Positions 21,701-34,188 of a stretch of DNA of 64,000 nucleotides are shown here, one piece after another. Each line of letters opens with the position of its first letter. Positions within the stretch are counted from its first letter, which is position 1. Origin of the DNA: Octopus sinensis (lineage: Eukaryota); contig NC_043000.1 in NCBI RefSeq assembly GCF_006345805.1, positions 75,144,001-75,208,000 of the forward strand, written 5' to 3'. A program made the position numbers and the translations under genes. The notes under the pieces are model-generated. The model was not told where the DNA came from. It saw only the letters and a list, made by a program, of their open reading frames with translations, and did no database searches.

Positions 21701-22411
21701 GTAGAAACTCCATACGATGCACCCGGTGTAAGCTATGGACACATAAAAGGTGCAGCAATATCAAAGGAAGGTTAACTGGGAAAATTATTTCTTGTGTGTG
21801 GCAGATGCAGTGGGGCAATAAACACTGAAGGTGTTCAGAAAACAGCTTCCATTACATGCCTGGGGAAGAAACTAGAAGTAGTAAACACTTTCTACTACCT
21901 AGGCAACCAAGTATGTAGTGGGAGTGATTGCTCTGCGAGTGTAGCAACTAGAGTAATAATAGCCTGGGCAAATTCAGGGAGCTCCTACCTCTGCTGGCAG
22001 CTAATGGCCCCTCACTCAGGTGAAAAGATGGACTGCATGATGCATGTGTGTGAACTGCCATGCTATACGGTAGTGAAACATGCGATCGATCGAAAAGCTG
22101 TCATCTCGGTGGCGATATCGCCCGCGAGTGTGTGTCTGGTAGCATACGTAACACACGGACGCATCGCATTTATGTAAGTGGCTAAGGCGGCTATTGCTCT
22201 CTAATAATTGCTTGTTTTTATTTACTTAATGCATTCTTCACTTCGGCATACTGGGCAGAGATCGCATCGCATTCATGCACGCATTAGCTGTCTATCACCG
22301 CATTAGCTATCATAAACAAACACAAGTTCATGTATGATATTAATCTTTCTTCTACTTCAATTATTACATGGTTTTCTCTTATAAAAATACACACATACAG
22401 GAGAAGTAAAT
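18795..22411. repeat. Right arm of ~4-kb inverted duplication (partner 4223-8227); carries RTE fragment 20115-22082(+) and Helitron part 22083-22411
   Basis: Reverse complement of left arm; lacks ~390 bp (RTE tail region, left-arm ~4555-4945) with atg microhomology at ~22080. Confidence 0.95.
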
Positions 22412-22733
22412 GTCACAGTATCTTGTCCTACTACTTGATGGCAAATTTGGTGTCCTTGGCACCACGCAGTGGTGCCCAGTTCTGGCATTTGTGTAACTCT
22501 CGATGCCAAAGTTTGGGACAAGTCCTTCCAGGATCTTCCAGATGTATATTATGGCATATCTTTCTCGCCTACGCTCCAAGGAATAGAGTTTTAATCTCTT
22601 GAGTCTTTCCCAGTAGCTTATATGCTGCACAGAGGCTATCTTCTTCGTGTAGCTTCGTTGGATCGCCTCAAGTTCTGTGATCAACTTGACACTGGATGGT
22701 GACCATAGCTGAGAGCAATAGTCAAAGTGGCTA
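22412..22733 (-). mobile_element. CR1-like LINE internal fragment
   Basis: SHFDYCSQLWSPSSVKLITELEAIQRSYTKKIA...YSLERRRERY in ORF 22379-22822(-); matches 26670-26990. Confidence 0.9.
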
Positions 22734-22780
22734 TATATATATATATATATGATTGATATATATATATATATATATATGAT

Positions 22781-22813
<33 letters not shown>

Positions 22814-23399
22814 GATGTTCACTCAGCTACAGAAATGAGTTGCGACGTCACAGGTGCCAAGCTGCATCGACCTTTGTCTTTCCATTGGATAACACTGGTG
22901 GCATGGAGAGGGCAGGCTGGTATGCATGGGCGACTGCTGGTCTTCCATAAACAACCTTGCCCAGACTTGTGTCTAGGAAGGTAACTTTCTAGGTGCAATC
23001 CCATGGTCAGACATGACCAAAGGGGGTCTTTACCCTTTTATATATATATATATATTATATATATATATATATATCGTAGTTAAAATATTTGTTGTGCAAG
23101 ATTTTTTATGTGAAGTCGTGTGTTGAAACAGATATTGTTATATTTCGGAATGGTCATATTGCCAGTTTAGCCAATAAAAACACACGCACTATATATTTGG
23201 TGTTATTTTGCTTCAGTGATATTTATTTTTTACATTAATCTTAATCTTATTTCGGCCAGAGTTCTTTCGTCACACTCCTGTGACCGATCAGTGGTCCTTT
23301 GTTTTCTTCTCACTTACTTGTGTCTCTCCTTACTAAACGTCAGCCATTTTGTATTTCTATTGTATGTCTTCATTTGCGCATGCTTATATCTCTACGTGC

Positions 23400-23402
23400 G
23401 TC

Positions 23403-23436
<34 letters not shown>

Positions 23437-23442
23437 ATATAC

Positions 23443-23473
<31 letters not shown>

Positions 23474-23510
23474 TATATGATATGTATTATATATATGATA
23501 TTTATATATA

Positions 23511-23569
<59 letters not shown>

Positions 23570-23687
23570 ATGGAGATATATATATATAATGATATGTGTA
23601 TATATATATATATATATATGATATCTATATATAATATATATATATATAATATATATATATGATATGTGTATATATATATATGATATG

Positions 23688-23735
<48 letters not shown>

Positions 23736-24182
23736 ATGTGTATATATATATATATGATATGGAGATATATCTATATATATGATATGTGTAATATATATAT
23801 ATATATGATATGTATATATATATATATCTATATATATATGTATTATTAATATTATATATATTATAGTATATTATAATTATATATATATATATTATATATA
23901 TATATATGATATGGAGATATATATATAATATATGATATGTGTCTATATATATATATATATGATATGGATATATATATATATCTATATATAAATATTATAT
24001 AGATATATATATGATAGTGTATATATATATATGATATGGAGATATATATATATATATATATAATATTATATATATATATTATATGATATGTGTATTATAT
24101 ATATAAATGATATGGAGATATCTATAATATGATATGTGTATATATATTATATATATGATAGGTATATATATATATATATATA

Positions 24183-24226
<44 letters not shown>

Positions 24227-24364
24227 ATATTATATATATATATATAGATATATATATATATGATATGTGTATATATATATATATATATTGATATGTGTGT
24301 ATATATATATATATATATATGATATGTACTATATATATATATGATCTGTGTATACATATATATG

Positions 24365-24402
<38 letters not shown>

Positions 24403-24424
24403 CATATAATATATATATATACAT

Positions 24425-24467
<43 letters not shown>

Positions 24468-24477
24468 CATATATATA
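23400..24477. repeat. Long interrupted (TA)n microsatellite
   Basis: TA run with recurrent tgatatgtg / tgatatggag interruptions. Confidence 0.95.
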
Positions 24478-26329
24478 TTCTCTCTTCGTCCAATCTTCCA
24501 TCCAGCCCTCCACTTTACTTCCACTATCTCCAACACCTCTGTCTCCTTCCTCGACATTTCGGTTAGCATTCTTCACTCCACTCTTACCACCTCCATTCAC
24601 TACAAACACACAGACTCACACTCATACCTCAACTTCTCTTCCTCCCACCCAACACACCAAGCTTTTCCCCCTATCCCAATTCCTCCGTCTACGTAGGCTC
24701 TGTAGTGACGACCATGACTTTGAGACTCAGTCTCAACGTATGGCTCACCACTTCACCCTACGTGGATACCCCCTCACACTATCCACACCGCCCTTGCCAG
24801 AGCACGGTCCGTGGACCGTGTATCTGCTCTCTCTACCCGAACCCGCCCTGTAGTCTCCCCCTCCTTTTCCCCTCACTTACCACCCCACGACCCTACGTCT
24901 CCAACGCACCATTCTTCGAGCTTTCCGTCATCTCCAGTCTGACCCGTCCACTTCACACCTCTTCCCTAACCGACCCCTCCCCTCTTTCAAACGAGCCCAC
25001 AACCTTCGAGACTTTTGGTCCATAGCTCCTTCCCTGACCCTACCTCCCAACCCGGCTCGTACCCTGCTCCCGCCCATGTTGCCGCACTTGCCCTTACCTC
25101 TCCAACACCACCCGCCTCACTAGCACCCACCATCGACCCTATCCCATCATCCACTCCTTCACCTCACCTGCACCTCCAGCAATATTATCTATTGCGTCTC
25201 TTGCTCTCTCTGCAATTCCTTGTACATCGGACAAACGGGACGCCGCTTGGCTGACCGGTTCGCGGAACACCTTCGTGACATCCACCTTGCGAACGACACA
25301 CCGTCTCACGCCATTTCCGCTCCACCGTCACTCCTTGCAACACCTATCTGTGTTTGGTTTGTCCTTACACAGAGGCCATCCAGATTCCCGTTTGCGCCGT
25401 GAACAGGAATTAATCTTCTCTCTTCGCTCTTATACGCCATTTGGTCTCAACTCTCCCCCCTCCTCATCTAACCCCCCCTCTCTCCCCCTCCTCACCTATC
25501 CTTCCCCCCGACCCCTACTTCTTCAGTCCTTCATCCTTTCACCCCTACTCCCCTTCCCTTCTTCCCTTTTTCCCTCCCTCCCTCCTTTCCTCTTCCCTCT
25601 CCCTCCACTCCCCTTCTCTCTCCCCCTCCCCTCTTTCCTCCTTCTTCCCCTCCTCCTCCCCTTCCTTCTCCCCTTCCTCTCCTCTCCCCCTCTCCTCCCC
25701 CTCCCCATCTCACCTCACCCCCTCTTCTCCCCCTCCCCCTCTTCTCCTCACTACACTACACACACGACTTTACACATCACATCATATATGATGTGCCATA
25801 CTAATACATACACCAACTAATCTACTAATACGTACTAATACATACTAATACATACTAATACATACACCAACCCTATACATACACACGTCCAGACCCCTCA
25901 TACGCACTTATACTCTCTCATACACACACACACAGACTTATACATACTAATACGTACTAATACATACTAATACATACTAATACATACACCAACCCCATAC
26001 ATACGCCTGTCCAGACCTATCCTAGGGTCATTCAACCCTATTATCAACCCTATTATCTCCCCTTATTTCGCTCTCGCGTCTCATGTTTGATCTTTGACCT
26101 CTGGCCGAAATCAGATCGCCATGTGGATTCGTTAGTTACTGCACGCATTTTTTTTCTCTCCTTCTTTCTGTGTTTTTTTTTTTCTCTCTGTGTATCTTTC
26201 TGTTGAAGAGCGTAGGCTCGAAACGTTAAAGCCTTGTTTTATTTATATTTCCTGAGCGCCATACTAATACAATTGTTTGTTTGTTTTCCACCTGCCTTCG
26301 TCTTTTGTCTATTTTCATAAAGCTTCCCG

Positions 26330-26331
<2 letters not shown>
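24478..26331 (+). mobile_element. Neptune-type Penelope-like element, 5'-truncated and frameshifted
   Basis: RT thumb SFLDISVS..TSIHYKHTDSHSYLNFSSSHP..SQFLRLRRLCS..RGYP; GIY-YIG FTCTSSNIIYC..YIGQTGRRLADRFAEHLRD..RREQELIFSLRSYTPFGLN; C-rich 3'UTR; ends in (TA)n. Confidence 0.88.
26196..26231 (+). ncRNA. Minimal hammerhead-like motif (core variant) in Neptune PLE 3' end
   Basis: cttt-CTGTTGA-a-gagc gtag gctc-GAAAC-GTT^aaag; helix I 4 bp, helix II 4 bp, loopless palindromic helix III; A6 is replaced by U. Confidence 0.6.
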
Positions 26332-26360
<29 letters not shown>

Positions 26361-26363
<3 letters not shown>

Positions 26364-27310
26364 ATTGATTGATTGATTGATTGATTCTAGTTTCAGCTCA
26401 TGAGCTGTGGCCATGCTGGGGCACCGCCATTTGGTGTTGCTACTTGGTTTTACTTCACGAAAGCTTTTTAGCAACTGCCATTTGGTGCATGAGAGAGTTC
26501 GATGCAGCTGCCCTCATCTGCACCTCCTGCCGTGAAGTTGGTTCATCTGGGACACCTGACAGGAAAAGATCCAGTTCCATTTTAAAGACATCTGCATCCA
26601 CCCCATGCAGGTCTCTCAGGTTCTTCGGGAGGATATTGAAGAGCTGTGGGCCTCGGAAGCCCAGGCTATCACAGTATCTTGTCCTACATCTTGATGGCAA
26701 ATTGGAGTCCTAGGCACCACGCAGTGGCACCCAGTTCTGGCATTTGTGTAACTCTCGATGCCAAAGTTTGGGACACGTCCCTCCAGGATCTTCCAGATGT
26801 ATATTATGGCATATCTTTCCCGCCTACGCTCCAAGGAATATAGTTTTAATCTCTTGAGTCTTTCCCAGTAGCTTACATTCTGCATAGAGGCTATCTTCTT
26901 CGTGTAGCTACGCTGGATCGCCTCGAGCTCTGTGATCAACTTGACACTGGATGGTGACCATAACTGAGAGCAATAGTCAAAGTGGCTTAGGACAAGTGTC
27001 CTCCAGAAGACCATCATGGTTTCTTGTTCTCTTGTTCTAAAGGTTCTGAGAATCCATCCAGCCAGCCGTCTACATTTTATTGCCAGTTTAGTAACATGTA
27101 CATGAAAGGTCGCGTCATAACTCATGTGAATACCCAGGTCACGCACTGATTGTGCCTCTGGGATTGCAATACCTCCGGGTCCACTGTATTCATTGGGTGT
27201 TGCATTCAGTTTTGCATGCTGATAGTATAAAGCTTGAAACTTTTCAGCATTGAACTGCATGCTATTCTTTTCAGCCCACTTGTATATTTCGTCCAGCTCA
27301 CATTGCAGGT
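26361..27310 (-). mobile_element. CR1-like LINE 3' fragment (subfamily 1) with (AATC)n tail
   Basis: ORF 26616-27422(-) LQCELDEIYKWAEKNSMQFNAEK..HFDYCSQLWSP; reverse complement of ~31470-32414. Confidence 0.92.
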
Positions 27311-27321
27311 ATATATATATA

Positions 27322-28187
27322 CTAGCAGTATCGCCCGGCGTTGCTCGGGTTTGTTTCGACCCGCTGGAATTGTAATTTTGAAAAGTAAAAATTTTGTGAA
27401 CATTTTTCTGGTCGAAATACACCGAAAAGTGGCGACACAGCAGTGAAAAAATCGTAAAAAATAGGGATTTTCATAGAAAAAAGCATCTTTTTGATGTAAA
27501 TAATTTTTGGTGTTAACATGGTCCGATTTGAATTTTATGTTCTACGGAAGGAAGAGCAACCCTTCTTCTACCATACTCTCAATTTTGGTCAACTTGCGCC
27601 GCAGGGTCTCGGAGGAGATAGTGTTAGTTGAAGGTTACCATTGTAGGTGCCTGAGTAACAACCTCGCGGATTTACAGATAAATGAATTAATTACTATTTT
27701 ACAGAATAAAATTAAATAATTCTTGAAAATTAATTAATATTAATATTTTTTGAACAAAGTAAATAATTTTTAAAACTTAAATAATAATTTTTTTTACCAA
27801 ACGCGAACGGGGAAAAGGGGGTGGCGAATTCGATTTACATACCTAAATTTTTTCTTTTCATGACATTGTAGCAAAATAGTAGTGAATTATATAAATACCA
27901 GCAGTATATATTTTTTTTTCTGGGGTATTTTTTTTCAACCTCGTCACATATTTGCCCCTTTCAATTTAAACAAAGTCTTAATTACCAATTACGGCAGCTT
28001 AGCAATGGTTTCAATACAGGCGTGACATGTGTATCTCAATGTTTCAAAACCCTTCGAATTTTTTCGCACGTGATGATATCATAGTGAAAACTTCAGTTAT
28101 TTCTGTCTTTCACTCTGTCTGTCTCTTTCACACACACTAACAAAAGTACTTCACTTACACCCACACTTTCTGTGTCGCACAACCCAT

Positions 28188-28229
<42 letters not shown>

Positions 28230-28796
28230 ACACACACACACACACACACTCACGCACGCACACATGTACATCAATGCTTTCGGAGTGAAATGTTAAAATA
28301 TTGAGTTTTCCTCGAATTTTGTCTTAATTGGGGGTGAAATTGAAAGAAATATATATGGCATGAGCGAATGGAAGTACTTTGAAAAATCTTAGGTAAATTC
28401 TAATTGAAGAAATTGTGTGAGGAGTAAATCGTTATGTATTTATTTGCTTCTGTTTGTTGTGTTTTTTTATTTTTGAGTAGTGGTTTAAATACTTCAGTTT
28501 AGTCTTCCTCAAATCACTCTGTCGCTATTTACTTTCATTTTATCGTTGCACACTGTGTGTGTGCGTTTGCGTGTGGTGTAAACCAGACTAAGAAGCATTT
28601 GCACACACACCAGAATGTGAGTTTTCTGTAAATTTTGCTTAATTGGAGTTTAAATTTTAAAAACTGGACCTGGCATGACCCGATGCATTCTACTGTTAAA
28701 AATGCTAGGTAAATTGTAATTGAAGAAATCCTATATTGTAGATTTCTATAACTCCCAAAGGGAGGCAGATAAAATCTGCCTTTTATAATAAGAAGA
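27322..28796 (-). mobile_element. Non-autonomous Helitron-like element (~1.5 kb)
   Basis: Minus strand: 5' TC (a|tcttcttattataaaagg) at 28796, 3' cccgagcaacgccggg hairpin then atactgCTAG|t at 27322; inserted at A|T; no TSD; no ORF. Confidence 0.78.
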
Positions 28797-28919
28797 TATA
28801 TATGATATGTGTATATATATATATATGATATCTGTATATATATATATATATATATGATATGTATATATATATATATATAAATGATATGTGTATATATATA
28901 TATATATATATGATATGTG

Positions 28920-28951
<32 letters not shown>

Positions 28952-28957
28952 AATATG

Positions 28958-28998
<41 letters not shown>

Positions 28999-29001
<3 letters not shown>

Positions 29002-29514
29002 GCAGTATCGCCCGGCGTTGCTCGGGTTTGTAAGGGAAATAACTATATAAGCATTTTTAGAGAGTTACTTCCTTTATAGATGCCAATTCGGGCTTTCTTA
29101 GCCAATTCTGTTTTGGTGTCTTCAAGCCATGAAGTCGTTGTTCTAAAAGAACGCTGGTCTCCTTGACAACGCATTACGACGTTGATTTCCTTAAACTCCC
29201 TTCCCCACAGCTTCACGAGGGAGAGAAGAAGGGGGAGAAGCAAACACAGGTGCAGGTGTTTGAGTGGGACGCCAACTACGCCGTGATCGACACACGTAAA
29301 AATTATGCATTAAAAGGGAATAAAAAATTATGTTAAATTATTTTTAAAATCGTAGACTCATCGTAGACGCGCGATAATACTGAGACGGGCTTGACATGAA
29401 TCACGACTATAAGATACCCGAATTTGGTTAAACTGCACCGCAAAATGTGGGAGGAGTTAGGAATCTAAATCGTAGGAGACAGACACTCACACCCTACAGT
29501 TTTATATATATAGA
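28999..29514 (-). mobile_element. Non-autonomous Helitron-like element (~516 bp)
   Basis: 5' a|tctatatatataaaac at 29514; same 3' hairpin+CTAG|t as 27322. Confidence 0.8.
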
Positions 29515-29515
29515 T

Positions 29516-29563
<48 letters not shown>

Positions 29564-29580
29564 ATGATATGTGTATGTTA

Positions 29581-29664
<84 letters not shown>

Positions 29665-29680
29665 AATCATATATATATGA

Positions 29681-30120
29681 TAAAATATGCCCCATTCATA
29701 AAGGAGGTAGCAGAGCAGAGGCCAAGAACTACAGACCTATCTCTCTGACCTCACACATCAGCAAGGTCATGGAACGAATAGTCAGAAGGAAACTGGTCAC
29801 CTTCTTTGGGGGAGGGGGCTTGCTGCCCAGCTCCCGGCATAGGTTCCGACCAGGGAGAAGCTGTTTAACTCAGCTCCTACAACACTATGACTGGGTGCTG
29901 AAACGACTACTCAACCACTCAAATGTGGAAGTGATATATCTCGACTTTGAAAAGGCCTTTGATAAAGTCGATCATGGAATGATATGTCACAAACTGCGTG
30001 ATCTCAACATAGTTGGAAAACTGGGAGAATGGCTTCATGACTTTCTGAAAGATAGAAGTCAGGTGGTAGTAGCCAAAGGGGCCACTTCCATTAACACGCA
30101 AATAGTGAGCGGTGTTCCAG
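29681..30120 (+). mobile_element. CR1-like LINE RT fragment (5'- and 3'-truncated)
   Basis: KICPIHKGGSRAEAKNYRPISLTSHISKVMER..YLDFEKAFDKVDHG..SGVP; duplicates 30907-31330. Confidence 0.92.
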
Positions 30121-32414
30121 CTTGAACTAACATAAGGCAAACTGGAAACAAATTGAGAAAGAGATCCTCAAACAAAACTGGCCTGAATGTCTCTCCTCGC
30201 CAGACATCGACGTGAAACTTCAACAATTCATGTCTGTAATGCAAGCCATATGCTACAAATGTGTCCCAGAGAGAAAGGCCACTGTACACAAGAACAAAAT
30301 CCCCAGAGAGAGGAAAATTTTAATGAGGCGGCGTACAAATTTTTCAAATCGCCTAAACAAACAGATTGGAAGCAGTGAAAAGTCCCGCCTGAAAATAAAA
30401 CTGCTGGAAATTGAAAAATGTCTGCAACTGTCCCATGAAAAGGAAAGAGCAGACAAAGAAGCCTGGGCTATAGACAACATAAAATCTAACCCCAGAGCTT
30501 TCTACAGGTATGCCAAAGAAACAGCTACGTTGCACTGTAGAATAGGGCCACTCCTTGAAAAGGATGGCACACTTACAGGAAAACCAATGAGGGTAAGTGA
30601 AATACTGAATGAGCAATTCAAGAGTGTTTTCACTGCACCCCTTGGGCATCTCCAAATCACCAATCCAACTGACTTCTTTACCACTGCAGATATAAAATCA
30701 GAGGCGGCGACGATAGATTACATCGATATAAAGGAAGACGATGTAATAAAGGCTATAGATGAAATGAAAACAGACTCAGCTACTGGCCCCGATGGATTCC
30801 CGGCAATCCTCCTAAAAGCATGTAAGAGAGTCCTAGCAAGACCACTGCAGTTCCTCTTTCAGAGCTTCCTTGCAGCTGGCAAACTTCCCAAAAAACTGAA
30901 GGAAGGTAAAATATGCCCCATTCATAAAGGAGGTAGCAGAGCGGAGGCCAAGAACTACAGACCTATCTCTCTGACCTCACACATCAGCAAGGTCATGGAA
31001 CGAATAGTCAGAAGGAAACTGGTCACCTTCCGGGGGGGGGGGGGGTTGCTGCCCGGCGCCCGGCATGGGTTCCGACCAAGGAGAAGCTGTTTAACTCAGC
31101 TCCTACAACACTATGACTGGGTGCTGAAACGACTACACAACCACTCAAATGTGGAAGTGATATATCTCGACTTTGAAAAGGCCTTTGATAAAGTCGATCA
31201 TGGAATGATATGTCACAAACTGCGTGATCTCAACATAGTTGGAAAACTGGGAGAATGGCTTCATGACTTTCTGAAAGGTAGAATTCAGGTGGTAGTAGCC
31301 ATTAACACGCAAATAGTGAGCGGTGTTCCGCAGGGCACTGTTCTGGGACCACTACTGTTCATAATGACCCTCTCGGACATGCCCTCAGCCACGCAGAGAG
31401 CCACGATCACAAGTTATGCAGATGATACAAAAGTTTCACAGGCAATACGGAACCTTGAGGACACTAAAGGCCTGCAATGTGAGCTGGACAAAATATACAA
31501 GTGGGCTGAAAAGAATAGCATGCAGTTCAATGCTGAAAAGTTTCAAGATTTATACTATCAGCATGCAAAACTAAATGCAATACCCAATGAATACACTGGA
31601 CCCGGAGGAATAGCAATCCCAGAGGCACAATCAGTGCGTGATCTGGGTATTTAGATGAGTGATGACACAACCTTTCGTGTACATGTTGCTAAATAGGCAA
31701 TAAAATGTAGACGACTGGCTGGATGGATTCTTAGAACCTTTAGAACAAGAGAACAAGAAAACATGATGGTCATCTGGAGGGCACTTGTCCAAATCCACTT
31801 TGACTATTGCTCTCAGTTATGGTCGCCATCCAGTGTCAAGTTGATCACAGAACTCGAGGCGATCCAACGTAGCTACACGAAGAAGATAGCCTCTATGCAG
31901 AATGTAGGCTACTGGGAAAGACTCAAGAGATTAAAACTATATTCCTTGGAGCGTAGGCGGGAAAGATATGCCATAATATACATCTGGAAGATCCTGGAGG
32001 GACGTGTCCCAAACTTTGGCATCGAGAGTTACACAAATGCCAGAACCGGGCGCCACTGCGTGGTGCCTAGGACTCCAAATTTGCCATCAAGATGTAGGAC
32101 AAGATACTGTGATAGCCTGGGCTTCCGAGGCCCACAGCTCTTCAATATCCTCCCGAAGAACCTGAAAGACCTGCATGGGGTGGATGCAGATGTCTTTAAA
32201 ATGGAACTGGATCTCTTCCTGTCAGGTGTCCCAGATGAACCAACTTCACGGCAGGAGGTGCAGATGAGGGCAGCTGCATCGAACTCTCTCATGCACCAAA
32301 TGGCAGTTGCTAAAAAGCTTTCGTGAAGTAAAACCAAGTAGCAACACCAAATGGCGGTGCCCCAGCATGGCCACAGCTCATGAGCTGAAACTGGAATCAA
32401 TCAATCAATCAATC
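30121..32414 (+). mobile_element. CR1-like LINE (subfamily 1), 5'-truncated, (AATC)n tail
   Basis: RT ORF 30212-31654 and C-terminal ORF 31763-32326 separated by nonsense changes; tail abuts (TA)n. Confidence 0.93.
30212..31654 (+). pseudogene. LINE ORF2 reverse transcriptase (CR1/L2-like), lacking endonuclease, premature stop
   Basis: ATGPDGFP, NYRPISLTS, YLDFEKAFDKVDH, SGVPQGTVLGPLLF, YADDTKV motifs. Confidence 0.9.
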
Positions 32415-32432
32415 ATATATATATGACATGTG

Positions 32433-32468
<36 letters not shown>

Positions 32469-32523
32469 GATATATATATATATATATATATATTTAATAT
32501 ATATATATATACACATATATATG

Positions 32524-32577
<54 letters not shown>

Positions 32578-32627
32578 GATATGTGTTATATATAATATTA
32601 TATATATATATATTATATATATATATG

Positions 32628-32675
<48 letters not shown>

Positions 32676-33513
32676 TATGTATATATATGACACCATCATC
32701 ATCATCATCGTTCAACGTCCGTTTTCCGCGCTAGCACGGGTTGGACGGTTCGACCGGGGTCTGGGGAGCCAGGGGCTGCCCCAGGCTCCAGTCTGGTCTG
32801 GCAGTGTTTCTACAGCTGGATGCCCTTCCTAACGCCAACCACTCCGCGAGTGTAGTGGGTGGGTGCTTTTTTACGTGCCCATATATATATATGTGTGTGT
32901 GTAGTATATATATATATTATATATATATGATATGTGTATATATATGTAGTATATATATATATTATATATATCATTATATATATATATATATATTAGCATA
33001 TATATGATATATATACATATAGATAGATATATCAGTATATATATATATATGTATATATATATATCATATATACATATGTCTATATATATATATTCATAAT
33101 ATATATATATATATAAATATATAGAATTATATATATAAGATATATTATATATAGATATATATATCTAATAATAGATATAAATAGATATTAATATATATAT
33201 TATATATATATTATATCAATACATATATATATCATATATTATGTATATATGATATATATCTTATATATATATATAATATAGATCTATATATATATATATA
33301 TATCAGATATATATATATATATATATAGTATCCTATATATATATATATATATAATATATATATATATATATCATATATACCTATATATGTATATATAATA
33401 TATAATATATATATATATATATCATATATATATATAATATATATATATGTATTATATCATATATAATATATATAAATATATATGGTATCATATATATATA
33501 TATATATATAATC

Positions 33514-33591
<78 letters not shown>

Positions 33592-34139
33592 TATAATATA
33601 TATTATATCATATATTATATATATAATATGTATATATATATCGTGTATATATATATATATATATGATATACATATATATTATATATAATATATATGATAT
33701 ATATAGATATCAATATATATATATTATATATATATGATATAATATAATATATATATATATATATATGATATACATATATAATATATGATATATATATAAT
33801 ATATTACATTTATTATATATATAATATATATTATATATATATATATATATATTATGATATATCTATATATATATATATATATATGATATATATATATATA
33901 TATATATATATCATATAATATATATATATATATACATAAATATATATATAAGATATTATATATATATATGATATATATATATATATATATATATTATATA
34001 GATATATATATATATATATCATATATATATATATATATATATCATATATATAATATATTTATATATCACATATATATATATTATATATATATTATATATA
34101 TATATATATATATCATATAAATATATATATATAACACAC

Positions 34140-34183
<44 letters not shown>
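32415..34183. repeat. Long interrupted (TA)n tract containing an RTE tail fragment
   Basis: Direct observation; RTE 3' end (catcatcatc gttcaacgtccg...) at ~32691-32880 on minus strand. Confidence 0.9.

Positions 34184-34188
<5 letters not shown>

Noticed and set aside
25441-25820. Pro/Ser-rich and Gly/Arg-rich ORFs
   Set aside because: C-rich low-complexity 3'UTR of the Neptune PLE.
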